Shown here in pieces: positions 1 through 11,290 of a stretch of 50,676 bases of DNA (positions within the stretch are counted from its first letter, which is position 1; each line of letters starts with the position of its first letter). The DNA comes from Girardia tigrina (lineage: Eukaryota). Position numbers and translations under genes: made by a program. A model generated the notes under the pieces. The model made no database searches, was not told the DNA's origin, and saw nothing but the letters and a program-made list of their open reading frames with translations. The stretch is from the NCBI GenBank assembly GCA_001938485.1, contig MQRK01228241.1, forward strand, positions 1 to 50,676, written 5' to 3'.

Positions 1-263
1 GCGACCGTTGCTAGGGAACCAAGGAACCAATCAGAAGCGTTTCTAAGGTGATCGCGACCGTTGCTAGGGAACCGTGGACCAATCAGAAGCGTTTCTAAGG
101 TGATCGCGACCGTTGCTAAAGTGATCGCGACCGTTGCTAGGGAACCGCGCGGCCAATCGGAAGCGTTGTCAAGGTGATCGCGACCGTTGCCATGGTAACC
201 GCGACCGTTGCTATGGTGATCGCGACCGTTGCCATGGTAACCGCGACCGTTGCCATGGCAACC
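1..263. repeat. GC-rich tandem array of a 21-bp unit (GCGACCGTTGCYAWGGTRAYC) with ~52-bp higher-order units; contains RFX X-box-like palindromes and CCAAT boxes
   Basis: GCGACCGTTGC starts at 1, 54, 106, 127, 180, 201, 222 and 243. Perfect palindrome GTTGCCATGGCAAC at 249-262; CCAATC three times. Truncated by the window start. Confidence 0.9.
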
Positions 264-275
264 ACGGTAGTTAGT

Positions 276-305
276 AACACCCCCCCCAGGGGGGGGGTTG
301 TGTAG
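276..305. other. C8-A-G9 hairpin closing the GC-rich array; probable terminus of a mobile element
   Basis: AACACCCCCCCC-A-GGGGGGGGGTT followed by GTGTAG, then an abrupt switch to AT-rich DNA. Confidence 0.5.
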
Positions 306-974
306 AGAACATACATTTTTCCCCTACTTAATCACCTGCAATATCAATTAAATTGAGTAATTATTTCTTGTGGAATATGAGTACTTATTGGGCGCAGAAC
401 GCAAATACTCACACCATATTCCATATTTATTTAAATGTGTAAAGACATTTCCAAGTTTAAAAGAAAATCAGATTTTTCAAGCAGAATTTTATTGAAAGTA
501 ACAAACTACATGTACACGAAAAGCGTAGTATAAAACCGAATTGTTTATCGCTAAATCTATTGGATATTTTATTCTAAGTTTATTATTTTATTTATCATAT
601 ATTTTTGTATTTTTCTTGAATTTCTAGTTTTAAAATTGTTTTACAGTATTTTTTTAGACGGCTTTCTTAATAAATTTACTAATTTTGTCAACAAAAACTT
701 ACCATAAAGTGTTGTGAGAATATTTTTTATCCAAAAACTCTTTGTTAGTAGCGACATTTACTCTTCTTATTTTGCGAAATAACTATTATCCACAAAGTAT
801 ATAGTTATTCTTGTTTGCTAAACAGTTCTCAGAAGTTAATTTGTATAACATTACATGACTATATCTACTTTCATTCATAAAAGGTATCATAAATAGTTAT
901 AAAAAATTAAAAATTTTAAATTAAATATTTGGATATCTTACTTTTACATGTTATATATTTGAATACACACATAC

Positions 975-1100
975 CTATCTATCTATATATATATATATAT
1001 ATATCTATATATATATATATCTATNNNNNNNNNNNNNNNNNNNNNNNNNNNNNNNNNNNNNNNNNNNNNNNNNNATATATATATATATATATATATATAT
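975..1100. repeat. (AT)n microsatellite spanning an assembly gap
   Basis: AT runs on both sides of an N run. Confidence 0.95.
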
Positions 1101-1390
1101 GGAATTTAGAAACAGTTTTTAAAGGCCTTTTACTCAGTCAATTTTCTTCAATCTTTGCACACGTACTCATTCTCGATAACAATAAATGATTATATAAAAA
1201 ATTGGTCGAAAAACCTTTTTAAGGTCTCAAAATTTAAACAAAACGGTCCAATTGGAGTTCATGAATAATATTAGCATAAAAAATCTACTTATATATTATA
1301 AGTAGTTTATATTAGGCAAGCAAATAAATTGAAAAATAAATAAAGTCTAGTAAACCGATTTAAAGTCTAAAAAAAATATTTTTTTATAAC

Positions 1391-1763
1391 CATGCTTTAT
1401 GCGAGTAGAACACTGCTTTGCCAAGAGATTTTTTTAATTTTTTATTGTGGTTTTTTTAATTATTTTTTAATTAAAATTTCTATAAATTAAACAAAAAAGC
1501 AATAAAAAACATTATTTAATTGAAAAAAAATTTTTCCCGTGAAATAATTCGAACGCCTAACTATCACCTTCACATTAGAAAATTTTTTTGTGAAAACACT
1601 AACACATACACCTCTCGTCCATTGTAAAATGTATAGAGAATTAAAAATTGAAATTTAGTTAACTTATTTCAAAAATTAATTTTAATAAAAATTTTAATTA
1701 AAAAACAATAAAAAATTAAAAAAATTCTGTTGGCCAAGCAGAGTTCTGTCTGCATAAAGAATG
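1391..1763. mobile_element. MITE with long imperfect terminal inverted repeats
   Basis: CATGCTTTATGCGAGTAGAACACTGCTTTGCCAAGAGATTTTT matches the reverse complement of AAAAATTCTGTTGGCCAAGCAGAGTTCTGTCTGCATAAAGAATG; the AT-rich arms continue inward; non-coding. Confidence 0.75.
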
Positions 1764-2080
1764 TATATATAACAAATTTATTATGGCTAAACATTAAGCA
1801 TTACTTCCCATGTACTCTTCTGATTCTGAATTGAGTTAATTGAAGAATGTTTAATGAAAAAAGTTTTAGTAATTATCACCACAAAGAGTTAAAGTGATGT
1901 TGGTTTTAATTTATTTAAAACTGGAAGAATTTTCAGATATATTAATCTCAATAAGAACAAAATATCTAAGCTGAAATACCAATGTACTTTACATCGAAAA
2001 TAATTTGTAGTCAACATAGTATTGGGATTTATATTATATATGATATATAAATGATGCTATTGATAAATATAAAAACTCAC

Positions 2081-2260
2081 TAGCGATACACATTTTCCCA
2101 TCCTCATCGAATCCGTCGGGACAGTCAGACTCCCCATCGCAGACAAAGTCTAATGACAAACAGTATCCATACCATTTGCAGGGCCACGGGGTTTTCTCAG
2201 GACAGTGATTTCCTAACAAAAAGTATTTGTCGTTGTCTCTCGGCAAGTTTCTCAATGCAG
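2081..2260 (-). CDS. Prohormone-4/IDLSRF-like precursor, LDLa-domain exon (third identified coding exon)
   Basis: Encodes (P)ALRNLPRDNDKYFLLGNHCPEKTPWPCKWYGYCLSLDFVCDGESDCPDGFDEDGKMCIA: six Cys plus the acidic CDGxxDCxDGxDE LDLa motif. Ends in CIA before a GTGAGT donor, resembling the CTA-KRPP junction of prohormone-4. Acceptor ...ATGAAG at 2261-2262; alternative in-phase acceptor TTTTTGTTAG near 2213. Confidence 0.8.
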
Positions 2261-2993
2261 CTTCATTAAAAACTCATAAAAAAATTATTTTTAATAATAT
2301 TAAATAAAAGAAAGAGTACATAAATCAGTTTTATTTCAAGAAAAAGATAGGAAAAAATGATTATATTTTTTGTTTGATTTTTTCATTATTGATAAATTTA
2401 TATTTTTCAACCCAGAGAAAAAAAACAAGAAAGATGTAATAATTCATTTATTTAATTACCGTCATTTAGAATTAGAATTTAGAAAATTAAATGAAACATG
2501 TTGATGATATTTTAATTTCCATTTTGGTAAATATGAACGACTCTTGAAAAAACATCTGTGGTTTTCTTTTGCACGAGATTCGGCTTGAAGATGAGCGATT
2601 ATCGCGAAATGCACTCGTTTTAAGAAAAAGAAATTAAAATCACTTTTACCTGAGAATGCTTTAATATATTCAAATAGAACTTCATTTCGGGATAAACTAT
2701 TATGTATGTTTTATATTTATTTACAACATTGATAATTTTAAAAAGTAATTGGAATGCGAATGTAATAAGAATAAACGACAGACTAAGAAGGGTTCACCTT
2801 TGTGAATCAAGTTGAATCAAGTTTTTCAAATCTTAAAATCGATTTTAAGTTTACATTCTTAGAAAGTTAAATCCTTTTTTACATCTTCTTTTGTAAAAAC
2901 ATATTTACTGAATCTTCAGAAGTCTATCATGAATAAACTATTGTTTTGGTAAGGATATTCTTTTTTCAAAACATTTTGTCATTGCCATTGTAA

Positions 2994-3761
2994 TTAGGTT
3001 GTCCTAAAAGTTCCCGGTCAATAATGAAAATACAAAATTTTTTTCGAATTTCTTTTTGGTATTATTTATTTGATATTGATATATAGATTTATTTATAGCA
3101 TAATATGGACTACGAGATTACAAAGCTTGAATCCGTGTGTTGCTGCGTCACTAATGGAATGAAGGCAATTTGCAAAGTTGATGGTACACAAACGATCGAA
3201 AAAAGTACGGCAATTGATTGGTTCAAGCATTTCCATAAAGAAATCTTTGACTTGAATGACCGTCCTTGTTCTGGGCGACCAACAAAATTGGATAACGATG
3301 ACTGGCAAGCAGAGTTGGACATGAAGCCTTCGTCAAGCACTCGCGATTTGTCATTTAAACTTGGAGTTGGCAAGTCAACCATACATTGGCATTTGAAGCA
3401 GCTCAACTGTGTGCACAAGAAACCGCGTCAAGATCCACATAAACTCACCAAAGCACAGGTCGATAAAAGAGTTCAAATTTGCCGACAACTGCTACAGAAT
3501 CCACGAGATGACCGCTTTTGGAAACGAATTGTGATTTCAGACGAGAAGTAGGTCTACTTGGTCAACCACAACCGAGACAAGCGACGAGTTCCACCGTGTC
3601 AAGCAACACCGTTAGTTCCAAAACAAGATCGATTTGGCTTGAAAATCATGTTGTGCGTCTGGTGGAACTTTGAGGGAGTCGTGCACTTTGAGTCGATTCA
3701 GAACGGCCAAACAATCACTGCAGAGCTCTATTGTCAACAGCTGAACCGTGTCTACGAGAAG
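2994..3761 (+). mobile_element. Mariner transposon, 3'-truncated pseudogene
   Basis: TIR-like TTAGGTTGTCCTAAAAGTTCCCGG; ORF with WFKHF...DRPCSGRP HTH, IVISDEK*VY (W to stop), KIMLCVWWNFEGVVHFE and ITAELYCQQL; ends before the second catalytic Asp. Confidence 0.9.
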
Positions 3762-4075
3762 CGCAAATATGCGAGAACGTACTGCTGAAGGTTTGCCTAG
3801 AATTAATAACTCAGTTGAGGGTTGGTATAATACGTTTCAGTCATCTGTTTCTTGTCATCATCCTACCATTTACACATTGGTTGATCATTTCTACTGTGAA
3901 CAAGACTTGACAGAGAAAGCTATAAGTTGTATATTTAATGGAATTTCTGGTAAAACAGCCAGAAAATCTAAGTAATTTCAATTATAAAAAAACGTCTTGA
4001 TGAAATTATTTCTACTTATAAAGGACGCGAATTTAAAGATTATTTGCACTCAGTGGTTTTTAATATTGATATTAG
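3762..4075 (+). mobile_element. MULE/Mutator transposase C-terminal remnant abutting the mariner
   Basis: EGLPRINNSVEGWYNTFQSSVSCHHPTIYTLVD matches the MULE PRTNNxxEGWH...HPxIW motif. Confidence 0.75.
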
Positions 4076-4520
4076 GATTGTGTCTTTTGGATGATTGTTA
4101 AATCGTTAATTGATAATATATTTTTGTGATATTTTAATTTTTTTGTTAAAATATATTAAATTTTTTAAGAATTGTATGATTCATTTTTGAGCATTTATCG
4201 GGTCCCAAAATAAAATAGACATGACTGAATTATATGTTTGTATGATATCAAAAACTTAAGTAATTTTCAAATGTCTCTCAACAAATGTTTTATGCAAATA
4301 AAAGTAATATTTTCTAATTTATATAAAATTCATAATTAATGCACAAAAAGCAAATGTTTCTCTTATTGAAGATTTCGACTTTTGAGGAATAATCTGATTA
4401 AGATTAGAATATGGTGGTACTCGAAAGTCATGCGTTCAAAAATTCCTGCACTGATTAAGTAAGGCGCTCAAAGGGATTCGAAGCAACATATCATACTTAT
4501 GGTCACTTCTATTTTGTCAC

Positions 4521-4939
4521 GTGTCCGGCAATTTCTACGAAAACATTTATACGAACAGAAATTTATACGAATAAAAGTAATAAAAAGTTTTGTAGAACAC
4601 AAATTAATATTTCTATGAAATTTATACGACTAAAAAATGGAAATTTATAAGAACGGAAATTGACCCAATGACAATATTTACGTGGAGTCGCTCAAAACAT
4701 TAAATTCTAAATTGGCTTATTTCTTAGTTTTAATTATTAATATATATCTAAATTGAGACTATTCTTTTTTAATGTATTGTAAAAATATTCTAAAATCAAA
4801 ATAAATTTGTATTCTATTATTTCTTAATTTTATTCGTATAAATTTCTCTTTTTTAGTAGTTGAAATTTCCGTTCGAATAAATATCCATTCGTATAAATTT
4901 CCTTCTGATAAATGTTTTCGTATAAATTTCCTAGAATCA
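4521..4939. mobile_element. Fold-back/MITE with subterminal ~15-bp repeats (GAAATTTATACGAA)
   Basis: Tandem TTTATACGAA motifs on the left are mirrored by TTCGTATAAA motifs on the right; TACGAAAACATTT / AAATGTTTTCGTA near the termini. Confidence 0.65.
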
Positions 4940-4984
4940 TTTTTTCATCACTATTGGGTTCAAAACCCTGGATTATATATGTAT

Positions 4985-5574
4985 CAGTGACCTGCACGGG
5001 CCTTAATATATCAGCCCGACCCTACTCGAACCCGACGATTGAAACAATATGATAACTTTACCCGACCCGATCGACTTTTCTTTACACCAAAACCCGACAT
5101 TTACCCTACAAAAAAAATTATAGGTAGTTTATAACATATTGTAATCAATAAATAAAAAAAAGAAAAAAATATTTTGAACAGAATTCATTTCCACGAACCT
5201 CATGAGGCTCATCCACAGATTCAGTATAACTTCAATAATAAAAATCATTTCAAATGATTATGTAAAAACAAAATTGCGCCAACACTGCCGCTACTGAAAT
5301 TTGTTCTTCTTTCTTGTCTTACTTGCCCAGCAGCGCTGAAATTTCTGCCAGAAATTTTTAAAATATCCAATATTTATATATTGTTGGTTGAGTTCAAAAT
5401 CCACATATTTTAATAATTAAGACTTAAAACAATAATTTTTTTGCTTCTGTTGGACTTGGTGAGCTTACCCAAACCGAAACCCGAAAATAAACATAACACC
5501 GGACTCAAGCCCGAACCTCAAGCCGGGCTCGGGCCTAGGCTCCAGGGCTTTACCCGAGCCCGTGCATGTCTCTG
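4985..5574 (-). mobile_element. Non-autonomous hAT element (internal deletion derivative)
   Basis: TIRs CAGTGACCTGCACGGGC / GCCCGTGCATGTCTCTG; 8-bp TSD ATATGTAT (4977-4984) / GTATGTAT (5575-5582); CCCGA subterminal repeats; residual RNFSAAGQVRQERRTN hAT dimerisation motif on the minus strand near 5300-5345. Confidence 0.85.
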
Positions 5575-7464
5575 GTATGTATAAAAAACATTTCGGAAGT
5601 AGTTTGTGATGACCCTGCAATTTAACACTAATTATTTTGACCTCGCTTTGCTTTAAACAGATCGTTGACTAAAACTTCAGCCAAGCACACAATTAATTCA
5701 TACAAAAACTGCTAACAATTCAATGTAGATATTCATAAATTTAGCTATTCTTGAAACTTCGAATAATTGTCAAAATATGAACATCAGACTGACTAATTCT
5801 GTCTTGTTGTAATAACAGTTAAATGACCGAAGTTATTTAATATTTTCAAGTTGAATTAACGATTGACCCTAAATAATTTCAGATAATGATAATTAAAATA
5901 TATTAATCCGCCATCCGAGTAGGCCAGACACCCCTCTAAAACAAAATATTACGTTAAAAAAATATTTCTCACTCATGTAAATCCAATATTCTTAATTCAG
6001 ATTGAAAATATATTTAAACATATATTAAGGTCATTAAAACAAAATAAGAAAGCTTAAATATAATCTTAAAACAATTCTTCATATTACGTCTAGAAAATAA
6101 ATTAAAAGAATGATCATTTTCATTTAAACAAATTATTCATTAGTAATTTTAAACAAAAAATTAAATTATCAAAATTTTTATATTAAAATCAAACTTCATT
6201 TAAAATTAAATAAATTTATTGATTATTTAATTGTATTTTATTAAAATATTTTTTTCATTTTATTTCTCCCAAAGATTTATTCGTATAGAAATTTATATTA
6301 CAAAACAATTTTCTAAAAAAAACTATTATTTAAATTTATTTTAATTTAATAATGAAAAATAATTCAGTTGTAAAATAGAATAACGAGGGTCTGGGAAGAG
6401 TTTATTTAATCTATATTTGCCCCAAGAAGTAGGGGAAATTATTCTTTTAGTCAAATAAATATTTTTTTCTAATTTCTTTTTAAAAAAAACATTTAGTATT
6501 TTATATAGGAAATATGTTTTTTATTTATATCAATTTCTTTATTATTTTGTCGTTATTTTTTTCGTTTGTATTTATTATAAGTATTAACAAAGTTTATGCT
6601 GTCTTTTATTAAAGCATATTTCTACTCAAACAATTATTCCCAAGAAGAATATTGAATAAAGACGTCTAAAGATAAAAACCGCTTCAATAAAATGTATTAA
6701 AAAGTCGATATAAGTTAAAAAACTTTTAATGGGTTTTTTTCAGTTAATTTCCTCGTCAATTCTCTTTTTGATTTAAATAGGGACAAAATCGTAATAAATA
6801 TCTAGCATAGACAAAACATCCTTCCTTTCAGTCTCATAAAAAGTACCTTCGTAATTCAACTATAGATTTCCTTAGTTCTTCGATTGATCACTAAATCTTG
6901 TTCAGAAGTATCATCTGTATTAACAACATCAATATGAGGTTTACAACATTTATTAGTATTACAAGCGCATTCACTATTTGACATCTCTCTTGATCAATTT
7001 ATTTCTGAGTTCAAACTAATTATTTTCAATAAATGAAAATCTGCTAATAAAAATTATTAATTATGAAGAATGTAATTGGTTGAAATGAAATCTAAACATT
7101 TTTAAAAAAGAACATATTAAATTAATATATTAAAATTTTAAATTACATTAAAGAATAAATAATACATTCAAAAATTATTTTAAATCTTTTTACTTTAAAA
7201 TTAAATTAAATTATTTTTAATTAGTAAGAATCAAAGAAAATATCAATCATCCATCTATGCAGGAGAGGCACAATCCGAATCAACATACAACACGCACAAT
7301 ATCAACACACAATTCAAAACATTCCTCACAATCTGTATCCTTTCCTAAATAATTTTCAGGTTAGAGTTGTGGTATAAAATTTATCTAACCACATTAAAAT
7401 GATCCAAAAAGGAATTTATTTAATTCAAGCATAACTTAAATTATACATTTTAATATTTTGTAAA

Positions 7465-7870
7465 TTTGCCTATAGCTTTCAATAGAACTACAAATCAGCG
7501 TGGCATCAAAGTGACCCGTGCTTAAAAATATGATATAAAAATTTAGTGGCTCCAGACTTTAATAATTTTGTCAACCAAATCATAATCCTATGTTTGTCTG
7601 AGATTATAAAGTTATTTTTTGAGTACATGCCAACAATACTCAATGAAATCGAAGCCTATGGAGTTTCTAAGACCTTATTACTACTACATCAATCCTCTCT
7701 TATTCACTCTTTTGAACACAGACCTAGTTGTATGACACCTGGTTCCATTTTGCTGAAATATGGTACACACTTTGGTAAAAACCATAATCCAATCTTTCCA
7801 TGGGCTGATATACCTTCCTAAATTATGAGCTGGTGTGGCTGAAATTTGGAATTGTTAACAGGGTATGTTG
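7465..7870 (-). mobile_element. Degenerate Tc1-like transposase fragment
   Basis: Frameshifted EGISAHGKIGLWFLPK, IEYCWHVLKK and LMPR motifs on the minus strand. Confidence 0.55.
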
Positions 7871-8159
7871 AACTTTTACTATTACTTTAGGTAGCGATTT
7901 TAAATTGCACTGTTACATAACTTTTTCATTTTTGATTTCAATTTTTTAGGGATGACGATCATAAGAGAGTTTTATTCAGAACTTTTTTTAATTTTTGAAA
8001 AAAAAACAATACATAAAAATGTGTTATTTAAAATTTTAAAGTCATATTAAAATTTAAGAATAAATATGCATCAAATATCGCAAATTATAATTATTTAAAA
8101 CAAATAAACATAAAAAATAAAAAAAAACAATAAAGTCATTCTAATTTAAAATTTTGATT

Positions 8160-9090
8160 GGAAAACATGTTTCACCACTTCTGTGGCATCGTTAGTTCTG
8201 TAAGAAAGTAAATCGCTGTTGTATTTATAGTCGGAAGACCATTACATCACCATATCTTATATCAGAATACTCTAATATGATTGGCCGAATCACTTTGCAT
8301 GTTTAAACAAGTTTTATGAAACTTTATTGGCAGTGCTTCAGTAATAATCCTTTCATAGTTACATTCATAATTTCTAATCAACATGTTTTCCTATACAAAT
8401 TTGAAATTAAAATGGCTTTATTGTTTTTTTATTTTTATGTATAATAAAAATGCCATTAGACAAATTGAATTTGTTCATAAAAAATAAAAAAAGAAAATTT
8501 GTTAAACAAATTTTTACCTTATGGATTTTTAAAAGAATTCTTGAAAATAATAATATATTTTGATTTAGAAAGTGGAAATGAATACGCAATGTGACACTAC
8601 CAACTGCACTTTCCTATTGCTATGTATTCTTATATTTGATTATACCATGTTTCTTTAAAAATATAACATTTCTTTTTTTTTGTTTACACAACAAAAAATA
8701 ACCTCATTCACAATCAAAGTCTGATAAAATACATTAGCACTGAAAATGGCAAGAGCGGCTCTAAACCTAAAAGTAAGACTTTACATTAATTTCCTAGAGT
8801 GATTTTGAACGGTAAGCCTTACGACTCACATACGACAGTGATATGGTTTTTTGACAGCCATAAAGACGTCCACAGTCTCGTATGTAGCTCAAACCTTCAC
8901 AGTGCGAAAAGGAATTTTCCTTGTCCCGTGAACTAACTTTTCCTTGAACTAATGACTAAACAAAGGTATTTTTGTCAGTACTTTTGTAAATAACTGTACC
9001 TTGTTACTGCAATGAGTTTTAAAGTTTTTAGTGTAATTTGAAGACTGACATTTACAACAGTTGACCGATGTTTTCTTTTCAACTACTTTT
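8160..9090 (-). mobile_element. Degenerate MULE element (FLYWCH-like N-terminus plus MULE domain)
   Basis: SSRDKENSFSHCEGLSY (~8880-8930), a GCxFH-like CVFISTF segment (~8570-8595) and RTNDATE (~8180-8200), in the expected order. Confidence 0.4.
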
Positions 9091-9454
9091 AAATTATATT
9101 TACTTTAAATAATATTCACATTGTCATTGTGGACAGATGTGAATTATTATTAAGTATGTTATTCTTCAACCCATATTATCTATTTATTGCATAAAATAAA
9201 AATATTAAGAAAATATTTTGCGGATAAAAAAAATTTAACTGTATTTTGCTACAAAATTGACTTGTATTAAAAGACATTTGATATTAATTTTCCAATAAAA
9301 TTTTATTTTTTAGTTATTTATATATTATTTTTTTTTAAATTCATGAAAATTTTATATTTCCAATTTGATATCCATTAACGGATTGATTATTGTAGAGAAA
9401 AGAGGTCACAGAAGTGACCTCCCGGTTTGGATGGCTCATACCATAGTTAATAAA

Positions 9455-9503
9455 ATAATAATAATTATGATAATAATAATAGTAATAATAATAATAATAA
9501 TAA
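9455..9503. repeat. (AAT)n microsatellite
   Basis: Visible AAT runs. Confidence 0.85.
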
Positions 9504-9737
9504 AAATCAACACCATCATCAATCAAATAATTAAACAATAAATAAATAAGCTTAGCTGAATGAATAAGGAAATCAATTAATTGGGAAATAAAATTTAGTT
9601 CTAAAAAAGTAATTTTTTTTAATAATAATTCAAAATAAATTATTCAATAATCCCTTTATTATTATTATTTTCAACAATTTTAGTACTCTTTATTTTATTA
9701 CTTTATAAACTTTGCAATCAGATTCGTGAACACTTAC

Positions 9738-9791
9738 GATTTAGGCGGTCTTTAATTTCCATTTCCTTAAACCGCTTCGATGGTTTTCCCA
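9738..9791 (-). CDS. Prohormone-4-like precursor, 54-nt internal exon with dibasic site
   Basis: TTATTATAG acceptor and GTAAGTG donor; phase 1-1; encodes (V)GKPSKRFKEMEIKDRLN(P) and joins both neighbouring exons in frame. Confidence 0.7.
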
Positions 9792-10829
9792 CTATAATAA
9801 TAAATAATTAATAAATTCATTTTAAATTGAACAATAATTTATAATTAAAACTACGAACAGTAAGTTAATATTATTAAAAACTTATTATTTTCAATTTTAT
9901 GCTTACGTTTTTGTATAGAGTTTCACTCAAAAAATTGCTTGAACTTTTAGCAAGAAATAAAATTGTTTTACAAGGTTATGTATTGTAAAAAAAACTGCAA
10001 CTATAAACGAGAATCCGATAGGATAAGAAGTGAAAGATTTTATTTGTTAAGAACACTGACACAATTATTTTGACAACATTTATTATTACAACTTTGAGAT
10101 TTGTCTCCGCGTCTGTTCTCAGATTATCGTTCACAAGTCTGCATTCTAGTTGGTGAGCTTTTAATTATATTTTCTGATTTTTTTAATCATAATTATTTGA
10201 ACATATTTTCTTTACTTCTTAATTTTGAAATCTTTGAAAAGAGTTAATAATTTTATAGTTTTTTTATTTAACTTTATTTATTTTTCATTTAAACGTCATT
10301 AAAAACATTTAATAAATTTTGCTATAGAGAAATATTTAAAATTTCATCTTTTTAAATTTTAACTTTCGAAATTTATTTTATTTGTGTTAAGATAATTCAC
10401 ACATTTGATAGAATATTTATTACATTCTCAATCTCTATGACGATCAACATTATTGCTCTCACTTAAATTCATCACTCAATGTTTAATACTTCTCATTCCA
10501 ATCTGAACTAAGTTGAAAAAAATTATTTTATTTAAAATATTTAATTTAAATTTTATTGGCTAAAATAAAATTACTTTTTATAATGATTTTTAAACATTAA
10601 TTTGATTTTAATTATTTAAAAATTTACAAAAACAAAATGAATAAATTTATTTAAAATTAATTATTAAATTAATAATTAAAATATTGAATATATCAAACTT
10701 TTTAGAAATCATTTATCTTTAAAATTTAGCCTACTTATTATTTCATAAATTTGACTTTTATCAGATTATTAATTACATTAACTTATCAAAAATTTAATTA
10801 TGCCCGAATAATCAATAAACACAAATTTA

Positions 10830-11290
10830 ATTAACTTCCATCTGGGTAGGAGAATCATAAGTTCTGCATACAAAAATCAATATACCTTATGTATAAACAT
10901 TTTACATATTCCGCACAGTATTGATAACCGAACGTGCACTATTTATACAAAATTGGAAACCCGTTTGAATATGTACAATACAGACATAAGAAATTTAGAT
11001 TTATTTTATCTTTAAAGGCACTTTCAAGTGCGTCCATTGTGGTTCTGATAACAGAGATTAAAACACCGAAGTCTTACCAGTAAACTCAACTCATAGTATA
11101 CTTTATTTATAAATGGGCCAACATTAATATATTTTATTTATTCCTGGAAGTAACCTGTTAAACTATAGGATCTCTGGACAATTTAAAGAACCGAATGCGA
11201 GAAACCATACTATTTATTAAAGATATCCCACCTTTTTCTGACATTGACTTCTTATCAAATAAGAGTTTCCTTGATTGACACCCTTGTATT
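10830..11290 (-). mobile_element. Possible Merlin/ISXO2-like transposase remnant
   Basis: Weak, stop-riddled WFLAFGSLNC...QVTSRNKNILM and QYCAEYV segments. Confidence 0.25.

Noticed and set aside
1-263. CRISPR-like array
   Set aside because: The intervening segments are themselves repeated or absent, there are no cas genes, and the context is eukaryotic with spliceosomal introns.
929-1189. ORFs rich in YI, Y or N (also 9341-9538, 44957-45139, 48022-48346)
   Set aside because: Translations of microsatellites and N gaps.
2649-2685. MKFYLNILKHSQ|GT as first exon of the LDLa gene
   Set aside because: A phase-0 donor is incompatible with the phase-1 acceptor, and it is not a signal peptide.
3093-3418. 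Minus-strand ORFs over the mariner (likewise 7546-7821, 20439-20678, 21117-21302, 26915-27395, 42416-42616)
   Set aside because: Antisense shadows of transposon coding sequence.
6690-7400. Academ-like remnant (VVNTDDT motif, Cys-rich segment)
   Set aside because: Too degenerate, and the segments are in the wrong order for a supported call.
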